Source of the DNA: Clostridia bacterium
Lineage (GTDB): Bacteria; Bacillota; Clostridia; Oscillospirales; CAG-382
NCBI GenBank assembly: GCA_017620655.1
Contig: JAGAUT010000034.1
Location: 68,844 to 132,843, forward strand
Length of the DNA: 64,000 bases
Reading direction: 5' to 3'
Shown: positions 1 through 8,609 of the stretch, piece by piece
Numbering within the stretch: the stretch's first letter is position 1
Layout: the number at the start of each line of letters is the position of its first letter
Notes under the pieces: model-generated
Told to the model about the DNA's origin: nothing
The model's database searches: none
What the model saw: only the letters and a program-made list of their open reading frames with translations
Made by a program: the position numbers and the translations under genes

Positions 1-1
1 A

Positions 2-274
2 ATCAAAGACGGAGGTCTCAAGATGGATTTTGAGGTTGACGTCAACGGCGTTTTTGTCCTGCGTTCAAAAAGCACGGTTGTCTCTTCCATGTCGCAAAAC
101 GACGAGAAAGACATGTGCAGAAAAGGCGGAGAAATCATCATTTACTATCCAAAAAAAGGCGAATCCCTCTGGGAAATTGCAAAAAGGTACAGAGTAAGTC
201 CCGAAAAGATATGTCTTGCCAACGGCAAAGAAGAAAATCAACTCAAAGACTGCCGCACGGTTATAATTCCATAG
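2..274 (+). CDS. LysM-domain protein, C-terminal fragment (5' end lies outside the window)
   Basis: The frame is open from base 2 with no upstream stop. The tail GESLWEIAKRYRVSPEKICLANGK...TVIIP reads as a LysM peptidoglycan-binding motif. It resembles the C-termini of DUF3794/LysM (SpoVID-like) sporulation proteins; that family call is from memory. Confidence 0.6.
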   Translation: MKDGGLKMDFEVDVNGVFVLRSKSTVVSSMSQNDEKDMCRKGGEIIIYYPKKGESLWEIAKRYRVSPEKICLANGKEENQLKDCRTVIIP

Positions 275-280
275 AAAAAA

Positions 281-301
281 GCCCTTGCCGAATGCAAGGG
301 C
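281..301. terminator. Bidirectional hairpin between the convergent LysM gene and pncB
   Basis: gcccttgc (281-288) pairs with gcaagggc (294-301) around a 5-nt loop. It has an A-run on the left and a T-rich right flank. Confidence 0.5.
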
Positions 302-309
302 TGTATTTG

Positions 310-1743
310 TCATTTAAGCGATATAAGAAGATTCTGCTTGATATCCCAGAGCTTCTTCGAAAGGTCGACATAGTATTCGTGGGGATTTTCAAATCTCTTG
401 AGTTCGTCCCAAAGGTTATCAATCTGCTCGAGGCAGTATTTCTGGATTTCAGGAAGCGAGGGACTTTCATAAACGCACTTTCCGTCTTTGAAAACATCCA
501 CAAGCAGCTTCTTTGCCGTAAAGTTTTCAACAGTCTTTGTCTTCCATGGTTCGTTAGGGTCAAAGATTGTCAGAGGTTTTGTGTCGTCTATAGTTTCATC
601 ATAAACGCAGAGCTGGTCGGCAATGGCCTTTCCCGTTTCGTTATCATAAAGTCTGTATACCGTCTTGAAGTGGGGATTTGTAATCTTTGCGCTGTTTTCG
701 CTTACCTTGATTTTCGGCACTATATTTCCGTCATCATCTTCAACTGCACACAGCTTATATACACCGCCGAATACGGGTGTCATCTTTGATGTGATAAGTC
801 TTTCACCTACGCCGAAAAGGTCAATTTTCGCCCCTTGATGAAGAAGGTCTCGGATAAGGTATTCGTCAAGGGAATTTGAAGCTACGATTTTTATATTGCA
901 AAGTCCCGCCTCGTCAAGAAGCTTTCTTGCTTTCTTTGAAAGATAGGCAATGTCACCCGAGTCAAGACGGATACCTCCATTGGTAATCCCCAATTCTTTG
1001 AACACCTTTATTGCATTAGGAACGCCCGACTTTATTGTATTGTAGGTGTCAACCAAAAGCGTGGGATTATCAGGATATGTTTCGCAATAGGTTTTGAATG
1101 CCTCATATTCCGAGTCAAACATCTGCACCCATGCGTGCGCTATGGTACCGACAGCTTTGACGCCGTAAAGCTCATCCGACACAGTACAGGCAGTTGAACT
1201 GCAACCGCCGATGAATGCACTTCTTGCACCTATTACGGCACCGCTTTCACCCTGAGCACGACGCGAGCCGAATTCCATAACTCCTCTGCCTTCTGCACTT
1301 CTCACAATTCTGTTTGCCTTTGTTGCAATAAGAGACTGGTGGTTGAGTGTAAGAAGAAGATATGTTTCGATAAGCTGTGCTTCGATAGCAGGTGCCTTTA
1401 CAGTAAGTATGGGTTCATGAGGAAACACGGGTGTTCCTTCGGGCACGGCATAAATATCGCCTGTAAACTTCAGATTTGAAAGGTATTCAAGAAAATCTTC
1501 ACCGAACATATTTCTGCTTCTGAGGTAGTCTATATCCTCTTTTTCAAAGTGAAAATCCTTTATATACTCAATAACGCTTTCGAGTCCTGCGGCAATGGCA
1601 AAGCCGCCGCCGTCGGGTACTTTTCTGAAGAAAACATCAAAATATGTCGTTTTTTTATAGTAGCCGTTTTGAAAATAGCCGTTTGACATGGTGAATTCGT
1701 AAAAGTCACACAGCATTGCGGGGTTGTAGTTTCTCATTGTCAT
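310..1743 (-). CDS. pncB: Nicotinate phosphoribosyltransferase
   Basis: 477 aa. The N-terminus NPAMLCDFYEFTMSNGYF and overall length and architecture are typical of NAPRTase. Confidence 0.9.
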   Translation of the reverse strand: MTMRNYNPAMLCDFYEFTMSNGYFQNGYYKKTTYFDVFFRKVPDGGGFAIAAGLESVIEYIKDFHFEKEDIDYLRSRNMFGEDFLEYLSNLKFTGDIYAVPEGTPVFPHEPILTVKAPAIEAQLIETYLLLTLNHQSLIATKANRIVRSAEGRGVMEFGSRRAQGESGAVIGARSAFIGGCSSTACTVSDELYGVKAVGTIAHAWVQMFDSEYEAFKTYCETYPDNPTLLVDTYNTIKSGVPNAIKVFKELGITNGGIRLDSGDIAYLSKKARKLLDEAGLCNIKIVASNSLDEYLIRDLLHQGAKIDLFGVGERLITSKMTPVFGGVYKLCAVEDDDGNIVPKIKVSENSAKITNPHFKTVYRLYDNETGKAIADQLCVYDETIDDTKPLTIFDPNEPWKTKTVENFTAKKLLVDVFKDGKCVYESPSLPEIQKYCLEQIDNLWDELKRFENPHEYYVDLSKKLWDIKQNLLISLK

Positions 1744-1769
1744 TACCCTCCGAAAATATATTATTCAAA

Positions 1770-1798
1770 ATTATACAAATTAACACCCTTAATGTCAA
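1770..1798 (-). promoter_or_regulatory. Consensus sigma-A-type promoter of pncB
   Basis: Minus strand reads TTGACA (1793-1798), a 17-nt spacer, then TATAAT (1770-1775). The -10 element ends about 26 nt upstream of the ATG at 1743. Confidence 0.5.
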
Positions 1799-1803
1799 GT
1801 TTT

Positions 1804-2604
1804 TTACCTGATTTTAAAATACTCTTTAGGCGTTTTACCCGTTTCCTTTTTAAAGAGTCTGGCAAAATTACGTGCGTCAAGTCCCACAGACCTTGCCGCT
1901 TCCGACACGGACATGTTCTGCTGCCCCATAAGTGTACAAGCCTTTTTTATTCTAAGCGTTGTAAGATAGGCATGGGGTGTTTTACCTGTCTGTGCCTTGA
2001 AAAGAGTTGAAAAATAGCTTCTGTCAAGTCCTATTTCAAAGGCTATATCTTCAACCGTAATATTCTCATGATAGTTCGTTTCCATGACACCTATTGCCTT
2101 TTTTACCCATATGTTTTTATCCGAGCTTGCCGAGGTATACTTCATAAGTGCACCGAGAACCGAGTATATAAGTGCTGTTCTTCTCAAGTCTGCGCCTGCA
2201 TCGTTTTCGTCCCTCATATCGACAACACTGCTTACGGCACGAGTGATTTCATCAAAGGCTTCCTTTGGTGCAAAAGGAGACATACTTGTGATGCCTGCCT
2301 TCCTCAGTACCGCACCTATTCCGAGTCCGTCCATAGCGCACCATACGCCTTCTCTGGGGTTTACCTCTGCCGCAGTATGAGTAACGGTATCGCCCGGAAA
2401 CAGGAAGTAGCAATCGCCTTTTTTTAAAGGAAATTCGGTGCCGTTTATTATTACAGAGCCAAAGCCGTCTGTACAACATTCGACAATATAAATATCCCTG
2501 ATAACGGGACCGAATCTCACGCCGGGCTTTAAATTTTCGTCCCTGCCGCAATGGCATATGGACGGCTCTTCCCTGTGTTCCTTAACAAAACGCTCGTAAA
2601 GCAT
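1804..2604 (-). CDS. AraC-family transcriptional regulator (cupin sensor plus HTH)
   Basis: The C-terminus ITVEDIAFEIGLDRSYFSTLFKAQTGKTPHAYL...ARNFARLFKKETGKTPKEY is the AraC dual HTH. The ORF track starts at a TTG at 2640. I prefer the in-frame ATG at 2604 (MLYERF), which has a G-rich SD-like stretch upstream. Confidence 0.8.
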   Translation of the reverse strand: MLYERFVKEHREEPSICHCGRDENLKPGVRFGPVIRDIYIVECCTDGFGSVIINGTEFPLKKGDCYFLFPGDTVTHTAAEVNPREGVWCAMDGLGIGAVLRKAGITSMSPFAPKEAFDEITRAVSSVVDMRDENDAGADLRRTALIYSVLGALMKYTSASSDKNIWVKKAIGVMETNYHENITVEDIAFEIGLDRSYFSTLFKAQTGKTPHAYLTTLRIKKACTLMGQQNMSVSEAARSVGLDARNFARLFKKETGKTPKEYFKIR

Positions 2605-2651
2605 ATCCTCACCCACCCAACAAATTGAAGAAAATAACAAACAAATATGTG

Positions 2652-2680
2652 TTGCACCTTTCTTTTGTGTATGTTATAAT
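2652..2680 (+). promoter_or_regulatory. Sigma-A-type promoter of the oxidoreductase gene
   Basis: TTGCAC (2652-2657), 17-nt spacer, TATAAT (2675-2680). It is divergent from the AraC gene. Confidence 0.5.
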
Positions 2681-2700
2681 CATATCACAAAAAAGAAAGG

Positions 2701-3747
2701 ATGGCAAGTATTATGGCTAAAAACATTTTGAACATTGCAGCTATCGGCTGCTCCGAAATGGGAAGAATTCACTTAAAAGGTCTTACCGAAATCGAAGGCA
2801 TCAATCTCTATGCTATCTGTGATTCGGCAAGAGACGACAGGCTTCAGAAGTGCAAGGAGGAATTCAATGTTCCCGTTGCGGTAAAGGATTACAAGGAGCT
2901 TTTAGGAAACGAAAACATTGACGCAGTTCTTCTTGTTGTTCCCGACCAGATTCATTTAGAGATGACTCTTGCATTCCTCAGAGACGGCAAGCACGTTCTT
3001 TGCGAAAAGCCCATGGCTCTCACAATGGAAGAATGTCAGGAGATGATGAGGGTTGAAAAGGAAACAGGCAAGCAGCTTATGATTGGCCAGATTTGCCGTT
3101 TCACAGACAACTTCAAGAAAGCAAAAGAGCTTGTTGATGCAGGCAGAATCGGTGAGCTTTATTTTGTAGAAAGCGAATATGCACACCACTACGGACACGC
3201 AAGAGGCTACGACGACTGGAGAGTTACTCCCGAAAGAGACGGCTTTATCGGCGGCGGCTGTCATGCAGTTGACCTTCTTCGCTGGATTGCAGGCGACCCC
3301 ACAGAGGTTTATGCCCTTGCAAACCACAAGTGTCTTACAGACTGGCCCACAAACGACTGCACAGTTGCTCTTTACAAGTTTCCGAACAATGTTGCAGGTA
3401 AGGTTTTCGTTTCCACGGGCTGTAAGCGTCCCTACACCATGAGAACTGTTCTCTACGGTACAATGGGTACAATCATCTGCGACAACACATCCGACCATAT
3501 TCTTCTCTTTGAAGACAAGGGTGACGGTGACGACTGGAGACACGAAAGCAAAGCCGAAAAGATTTCCGCCGTCGTTAACAACCACAACACAAAGGGCGAA
3601 GCCCAGGTATTTGCAGAAGCACTTCTTTCGGGAAAGCCGGTTCCGATTTCCTCTATGGAAGGTGCTAAAACTGTTGCTGTCGCAGTAGCTACAGTTCAAT
3701 CTGCAAAGGAAAACAGACCTATTCAGATTAAGTACCCTGAAGTTTAA
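2701..3747 (+). CDS. Gfo/Idh/MocA-family NAD(P)-dependent oxidoreductase
   Basis: N-terminal Rossmann motif LNIAAIGCSEMGRIH, the EKP motif (VLCEKPMAL) and a length of 348 aa. Confidence 0.85.
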   Translation: MASIMAKNILNIAAIGCSEMGRIHLKGLTEIEGINLYAICDSARDDRLQKCKEEFNVPVAVKDYKELLGNENIDAVLLVVPDQIHLEMTLAFLRDGKHVLCEKPMALTMEECQEMMRVEKETGKQLMIGQICRFTDNFKKAKELVDAGRIGELYFVESEYAHHYGHARGYDDWRVTPERDGFIGGGCHAVDLLRWIAGDPTEVYALANHKCLTDWPTNDCTVALYKFPNNVAGKVFVSTGCKRPYTMRTVLYGTMGTIICDNTSDHILLFEDKGDGDDWRHESKAEKISAVVNNHNTKGEAQVFAEALLSGKPVPISSMEGAKTVAVAVATVQSAKENRPIQIKYPEV

Positions 3748-3772
3748 TTACTGCTTAACACCCACGCATCTA

Positions 3773-3806
3773 GAAACCGACATTTTTTGCGTCGGTTTTC
3801 TTTTTC
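3773..3806 (+). terminator. Rho-independent terminator after the oxidoreductase gene
   Basis: aaaccgac (3774-3781) pairs with gtcggttt (3791-3798), followed by ttctttttc. Confidence 0.6.
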
Positions 3807-3820
3807 TCTCACATTACACC

Positions 3821-3855
3821 TTTTGCAATGTATCATCGTACTTTTTGCAATGCAT
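3821..3855 (+). promoter_or_regulatory. Direct repeat TTTTGCAATGYAT x2, a candidate AraC-type operator overlapping the -35 region
   Basis: TTTTGCAATGTAT at 3821-3833 and TTTTGCAATGCAT at 3843-3855 start 22 nt apart. An extended -10 TGtGATAAT follows at 3868-3876, and the ATG is at 3923. Confidence 0.35.
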
Positions 3856-3922
3856 TTTGTTTCAAAATGTGATAATATGTGTTTAATTACAAAAATACGA
3901 TGAAATAAATGGAGTTTTTTAC

Positions 3923-4738
3923 ATGGAGTGTTTTTTCAACAAAGCTTTCTCAAGCTCGGTAAATAAGCTTGATCTTGAGATTCTTGACAGTGCATATGTT
4001 CACGGCGACAGCAACTGGTATGTTGCCGGAGTCTGCTCTCCTTATTCGCGTATTTACTTTATGGAAAGTGGAGAAGCTACGGCTACCGCAGGCGGTGAAA
4101 CAATCGTACTGAAGCCGGGGTATGTGTATATCGTCCCCACAGGTCTCACCTTTAACGGCAATTGCGAAAACGCATACACAAAGGTATATTTCCACTTCTG
4201 CATAAACCGTCCTGACGGTTATGACATGTTTTCGGGGTGCGGGAAAATTCTTTCGCTCTATCTCGGCGAAGAGAAAATCAGGGAAGTCAAAAAACTGTTC
4301 TTTTCTGAAAATCTCGTTGACACACTCAAGCTCAAGAACACAATACTCGAAATCGCACTTTCGCTCTTCCCCGAAGAAAACTCAAGAGAGCTTGCGTCGG
4401 TCATATATTCTCCGCAGGTTCAGCGTGCCATAGACTATATCAAGGAAAATCTTTCGATACAGCTTTCTGTCAAAACACTCTCGGACAATCTTTTTGTTGC
4501 ACAGACAACCCTCTCAAAGCACTTCCGCGACGAAGTAGGCGTAAATATCGGCAAGTACATAGACGACATTGTATTTGAAAGTGCCAAGAAGATGCTTATT
4601 AAAACCGACATTCCCATTCAGGAAATCAGCGAAAAGTTCGGTTTCTGTGACAGATTCTATTTTTCAAGACGCTTCAAAGAAAAGTTTGACTTTACTCCCT
4701 ACCGTTACCGCAAGATGAACACCACAACATTTTCATGA
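3923..4738 (+). CDS. AraC-family transcriptional regulator (tandem paralog 1)
   Basis: 271 aa with the C-terminal HTH GFCDRFYFSRRFKEKFDFTPYRYRK. A GGAG RBS sits 8 nt upstream. Confidence 0.8.
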   Translation: MECFFNKAFSSSVNKLDLEILDSAYVHGDSNWYVAGVCSPYSRIYFMESGEATATAGGETIVLKPGYVYIVPTGLTFNGNCENAYTKVYFHFCINRPDGYDMFSGCGKILSLYLGEEKIREVKKLFFSENLVDTLKLKNTILEIALSLFPEENSRELASVIYSPQVQRAIDYIKENLSIQLSVKTLSDNLFVAQTTLSKHFRDEVGVNIGKYIDDIVFESAKKMLIKTDIPIQEISEKFGFCDRFYFSRRFKEKFDFTPYRYRKMNTTTFS

Positions 4739-4772
4739 TTATCAATAACATTATATTTTCGGAGATAAACCT

Positions 4773-5588
4773 ATGAGAGATCAGCACAGCACGCTTTTTG
4801 ACAGTGCCGTAAGCAAAATACGTTTCGAAATCACCGACGGTGCATACAACATAAACGAAAACGGCTGGAAGCTGAACGATTCCATCGCCGCATTTACAAG
4901 GCTTTATTTCGTAGAAAGCGGAAAAGCCGTCATCGAGTACAATTCCACGACCATTGAATTACTTCCCGGACACGTTTATCTTGTTCCCACAAATCTCAAC
5001 TTCAAAGCATACAGCGAAAGCGAGCACACCAAGCTGTATTTCTTTTTCAAAATTCTTCTTCCCGACGGCAGCGACATGTTTTCAGGAGTAAACGATATTA
5101 TGTCACTTGATGTGGGGACTTCGGGGATAGCAAGAGTCAAAAAACTGTTTTTATCAAAAAACATAGTCGACATTGCAAAACTCAAAAGCACCATTATTGA
5201 ATATGCTCTTCGCATGATACCCGAAAACAAGCAAATAGACGTTTCTTCCGTTGTATATTCACCTGAAATCCAAAAGGTTATTGACTACATAGACAAAAAT
5301 CTTTCAATCCAGCTTTCGATAAAATCCATATCGGAGCATTTCGGTATTCCTGCCACCACCCTTTCGAAGCACTTTAACAAGGAAGTCGGCAGAAACATAG
5401 GCAAATATATCGACGATATGGTATTTGACAAGGCAAAGTCCATGCTTGCATCAAACGAATACTCTATCCAAGAAATCAGCGACACGCTGGGCTTCTGCGA
5501 CAGGTTCTATTTTTCGAGACGTTTCAAAGAAAAGATTGTTATAACACCCAACAAATACAGAAAGCTAAAAACAACAACCATAAGATAA
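4773..5588 (+). CDS. AraC-family transcriptional regulator (tandem paralog 2)
   Basis: 271 aa, colinear with the previous gene. It shares blocks such as GFCDRFYFSRRFKEK, GKYIDD and NLSIQLS. A GGAG RBS sits 8 nt upstream. Confidence 0.8.
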   Translation: MRDQHSTLFDSAVSKIRFEITDGAYNINENGWKLNDSIAAFTRLYFVESGKAVIEYNSTTIELLPGHVYLVPTNLNFKAYSESEHTKLYFFFKILLPDGSDMFSGVNDIMSLDVGTSGIARVKKLFLSKNIVDIAKLKSTIIEYALRMIPENKQIDVSSVVYSPEIQKVIDYIDKNLSIQLSIKSISEHFGIPATTLSKHFNKEVGRNIGKYIDDMVFDKAKSMLASNEYSIQEISDTLGFCDRFYFSRRFKEKIVITPNKYRKLKTTTIR

Positions 5589-5596
5589 AACAAAAG

Positions 5597-5623
5597 CCGA
5601 GGCTTCATTTTCTGAAGTCTCGG
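5597..5623. terminator. Hairpin between convergent AraC and VanZ genes
   Basis: ccgaggcttca (5597-5607) pairs with tgaagtctcgg (5613-5623) with one non-Watson-Crick position. It overlaps the VanZ stop codon, and both flanks are T-rich. Confidence 0.45.
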
Positions 5624-6027
5624 TAAATTTTATATATAAGGCATCCCAAAGCCGTGCCGAGTGTATTCAACACGAGGTCGTCGATTTCAAACATGCCTTT
5701 ATGTAAGGCAAGCTGACCCGTTTCAATAACCAGCGACAGCAAAAAGCCTAAGGGTATTGTGTGGTATGATTTGAGATTTTGCCATATGGCAGGAAGCATA
5801 AAGCCGAATGGCACAAACCATACAATATTGCCGACAACGAGGTACAGCACCATCCAAATGCCGTTTTCGTGGTATGTTGCAACAAGGTCGGTGAACAGGG
5901 ACAGGTTGACCGACATTTCTGTGGGGTAGGAATGTGAGCGGAAGACGGTGATGCGAAAGAGGATTAAAAGATAGACGGTGAGAAGGATAATAAGCAATGC
6001 TTGTTTATTGCGTTTATTTTTAAGCAT
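5605..6027 (-). CDS. VanZ-family membrane protein
   Basis: 140 aa with 4 predicted TM segments. The motif GNIVWFVPFGFMLP is typical of VanZ-like proteins. Confidence 0.7.
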   Translation of the reverse strand: MLKNKRNKQALLIILLTVYLLILFRITVFRSHSYPTEMSVNLSLFTDLVATYHENGIWMVLYLVVGNIVWFVPFGFMLPAIWQNLKSYHTIPLGFLLSLVIETGQLALHKGMFEIDDLVLNTLGTALGCLIYKIYRDFRK

Positions 6028-6042
6028 TACGCCTCTCCTTTC

Positions 6043-6474
6043 CTAAAAAGCAGCCTCGTAATAATAAAATCCGTCGACTATCTTTTCGGTATAATATCTT
6101 TTTGTTCCGTCTTCCGGCTCATACAAATAGCTATCGCCTTCAGCCTCTTTCGGAGTTCCCATTGCACACCATATTGCAGACATATCATTGTCGACGTTAT
6201 AATAAAATCCCGCATATGAAGTTGAGGGACCGAAGCCAAAACCGCCACAATCAAAATCTACAGTTCCGTCGTATTCAACATTTATGCCGCGAATTCCCAC
6301 AATATTAAGAGATGCTTCAAAATCGTTATTTTTTATATCTTTTCGAAGTTGCTCTTCGTTTTCAAGAACTATTCTAATTATTTCTTCCTTTCCGAGCCTT
6401 GTATCCTTTACTACACAGGAACAAAGCATAACAGACAAAACAGCAATACTTAAAAACACTATTGTTTTTTTCAT
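6043..6474 (-). CDS. Hypothetical lipoprotein
   Basis: MKKTIVFLSIAVLSVMLCSC is a signal peptide with a lipobox Cys. The ATG at 6474 has a GGTGA RBS 5 nt upstream; the track's start at 6486 is probably too long. I recognise no family. Confidence 0.6.
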   Translation of the reverse strand: MKKTIVFLSIAVLSVMLCSCVVKDTRLGKEEIIRIVLENEEQLRKDIKNNDFEASLNIVGIRGINVEYDGTVDFDCGGFGFGPSTSYAGFYYNVDNDMSAIWCAMGTPKEAEGDSYLYEPEDGTKRYYTEKIVDGFYYYEAAF

Positions 6475-6566
6475 TTCAATCACCATTCAAACATGAAATA
6501 TACCCAATGCCAAAAATAAGGATAGACGGTTTTATCGGCGGTGCCGGAAGTTGACCATCTTGTATC

Positions 6567-6857
6567 TCAGCTCACTTCATACCATTCTCCGTCTTCATAG
6601 CCGAGTGTAAACACATTTCCCGTTGTTGCATATTTGCCGCCAGATATAAGGTAGACCCTTGCAAAATCACATTCGCTGTAATCTAACACTTTGAAAAAGT
6701 CAAAATCATCCCCGACCATCGTGTTTTCTTTGCACACATCAATAAGTTCGTTCTTGTGGTTATGTGTCAGTATTTCGATTTTCACAAGTGTGCCGATATA
6801 TATGCAGATAAGGGTTAATATCACGCCGAGTAGGATATATCTAAGTTTTTGTTTCAT
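6567..6857 (-). CDS. Hypothetical small membrane-anchored protein
   Basis: 96 aa with one N-terminal TM (ILLGVILTLICIYIGTLV). It is tightly packed with its neighbours. Confidence 0.5.
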   Translation of the reverse strand: MKQKLRYILLGVILTLICIYIGTLVKIEILTHNHKNELIDVCKENTMVGDDFDFFKVLDYSECDFARVYLISGGKYATTGNVFTLGYEDGEWYEVS

Positions 6858-6860
6858 TTT

Positions 6861-7349
6861 CTATGTATCCATCCCATATATATAAATCACTTTATCTTCT
6901 ATTGAACACACCGCAGCTATATAATTATAAGAATACGAACCTGTTTTTGGAAAAGAAAAACTTTCCATCTGCTTATCATATATGCAGAAATATCCGCTTT
7001 TTATTTCGGGCACCCAGCCCTGTAAATACCCTTCTGTATAAACACCCTCTGCACCGCCGTAAAGATACGCCCATGCTTCTTCATCAATGGTTTTCCAGTT
7101 AGAGTTTTCTTCAATATCTGCTTTTAGTTTTTCCACTTCCTTTTCATTCAACAAAAAGCTCATAAATATATCTCCGTCGCCGACCATACCTCCGTGGGTA
7201 TCCTCATAATAATCGGCTTGTCTCGATGGAAAATATACATCCAGATATTTTGTGTACATTTTTCCATCGCTCTGCGTTGCGTCATTACACGACACTACAG
7301 TGACTAAAAACAATAATACAAGTGATAACACAAGAATTTTTCGTTTCAT
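6861..7349 (-). CDS. Hypothetical lipoprotein
   Basis: MKRKILVLSLVLLFLVTVVSC is a signal peptide with a lipobox. 162 aa with a Tyr/Asp/Glu-rich ectodomain. Confidence 0.6.
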   Translation of the reverse strand: MKRKILVLSLVLLFLVTVVSCNDATQSDGKMYTKYLDVYFPSRQADYYEDTHGGMVGDGDIFMSFLLNEKEVEKLKADIEENSNWKTIDEEAWAYLYGGAEGVYTEGYLQGWVPEIKSGYFCIYDKQMESFSFPKTGSYSYNYIAAVCSIEDKVIYIYGMDT

Positions 7350-7358
7350 ATTCCCTCT

Positions 7359-7838
7359 CTAAATATTATTATGAATCATATACATAGTCATGGTTTCGGC
7401 ATCATAATAATACAAATCATAGTCATAATACCGGTGATCGTCTCCGTCATTTTCCCATTTGTTGATTAAATACCAGTAGTCAGACGTGTCAATACACTCA
7501 GAATCAAATTTACATTCGTTTTCAAAATTCGTATGTTTCAGCCAATCCTTGAAATTCTCAAGATATCCATTTATCACATCAACGTCATCTTCTTCAACTT
7601 TTTGAAAAAACAAACTTTTTTCGAGACCTTTATTCATTTTCTTGCTGTTGGAATAATGATATTCACGGTAGATTGTGTAGTCCTGAAAACCGTCGCTGAT
7701 ATACCCCTTTTCACTCTTATATCTCGGAAGACTCGCCAAAGCAGGGTTTTCCAAAAACCTGAAAAACATTATCAGCAAATACAGGCACGCAAGCACACCC
7801 ACTGTAATAAGTACAGGTGTTAAAATTTTCCGCTTCAT
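7359..7838 (-). CDS. Hypothetical membrane-anchored protein, possibly a distant paralog of 6861-7349
   Basis: It shares the MKRKIL start, has one TM, and a similar size with a similar acidic, aromatic ectodomain. The paralogy call is by eye only. Confidence 0.55.
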   Translation of the reverse strand: MKRKILTPVLITVGVLACLYLLIMFFRFLENPALASLPRYKSEKGYISDGFQDYTIYREYHYSNSKKMNKGLEKSLFFQKVEEDDVDVINGYLENFKDWLKHTNFENECKFDSECIDTSDYWYLINKWENDGDDHRYYDYDLYYYDAETMTMYMIHNNI

Positions 7839-7841
7839 CCC

Positions 7842-8048
7842 CTAATCCTCCACCCACTCCAAAATGTCAGAAGGTTGACAGTCAAGTGCCTTACATATGG
7901 CATCAAGGGTTGAAAAGCGCACCGCCTTTGCCTTATTGTTCTTGAGAATCGAAAGGTTTGCAGGCGTTATATCTATCTTTTCGGCAAGCTCCATAAGTCC
8001 GATTTTCCGCTTTGCCATCATTACATCGAGGTTTACGTTTATTGCCAT
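7842..8048 (-). CDS. XRE-family HTH regulator (YozG-like)
   Basis: MAINVNLDVMMAKRKIGLMELAEKIDITPANLSILKNNKAKAVRFSTLDAICKALDCQPSDILEW is the classic short XRE protein that pairs with DUF2975 genes. The ATG at 8048 lies 2 nt after the upstream gene's stop. Confidence 0.8.
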   Translation of the reverse strand: MAINVNLDVMMAKRKIGLMELAEKIDITPANLSILKNNKAKAVRFSTLDAICKALDCQPSDILEWVED

Positions 8049-8050
8049 AT

Positions 8051-8479
8051 TTACACCGTCCAATCGTTTTCTTCTTTATACTTTACGGCTTCCCCGAACA
8101 AATCCATGAGGGTTACGCAGAAAAGTGAAGCAATGACAAAAACTACCACCACAATAACCGTTCCAAGTGAGAAAACAACAAAGCATTTTACAATATAGCA
8201 AAGTGCAATAATCAGACAGCTTACCGCCATTCTGCGAAATGCCTTAACATTGCTTTGTACAAAGGGATTTCCCGAAATAAGTGTTTTGTACATACCTCGA
8301 AGAGTAATGAGGATATACACACCGACAGCACCCGTCACCATGAGAACAACCATTGTAAAGAGCCACTTATCGTTCAGCTTTTCCCAAAGCGGAACCGTTA
8401 CAACGGATATTGCACCAACAAGAATCAGCACATCAATAATAATTTTTGCCGCATAATGCGAGAGATTTTTATTTTTCAT
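8051..8479 (-). CDS. DUF2975-like 4-TM membrane protein
   Basis: 142 aa with four hydrophobic segments, placed immediately upstream of the YozG-type XRE gene. The family name is from memory of this conserved gene pair. Confidence 0.6.
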   Translation of the reverse strand: MKNKNLSHYAAKIIIDVLILVGAISVVTVPLWEKLNDKWLFTMVVLMVTGAVGVYILITLRGMYKTLISGNPFVQSNVKAFRRMAVSCLIIALCYIVKCFVVFSLGTVIVVVVFVIASLFCVTLMDLFGEAVKYKEENDWTV

Positions 8480-8509
8480 AGCCAGCCTCCAATTGTTTAC
8501 TGCACTTGT

Positions 8510-8562
8510 AGTTTATCATGAATTTTTGCGTTTGTCAATATATTTTTATCGTTTTTCGATAA
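8510..8562 (-). promoter_or_regulatory. Promoter of the DUF2975/XRE pair with an upstream palindrome
   Basis: Minus strand reads TTGACA (8533-8538), 17-nt spacer, TAAACT (8510-8515). The palindrome TTATCG-N5-CGATAA at 8546-8562 lies just upstream of the -35 and could be the XRE operator. Confidence 0.3.
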
Positions 8563-8565
8563 ATT

Positions 8566-8609
8566 AATGATAAAAGTGAAACGAAGCACCAATATCGGCG
8601 CTTCGTTTC
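8566..8609 (-). terminator. Rho-independent terminator directly after the tRNA
   Basis: gaaacgaagc (8578-8587) pairs with gcttcgtttc (8600-8609), a 10-bp stem. On the minus strand it is followed by cacTTTTatc. Confidence 0.6.

Noticed and set aside
115-789. A 224-aa plus-strand ORF overlapping the LysM gene end and pncB.
   Set aside because: It crosses a terminator hairpin and runs antisense to pncB. The translation is Arg/Lys/Ser-rich noise.
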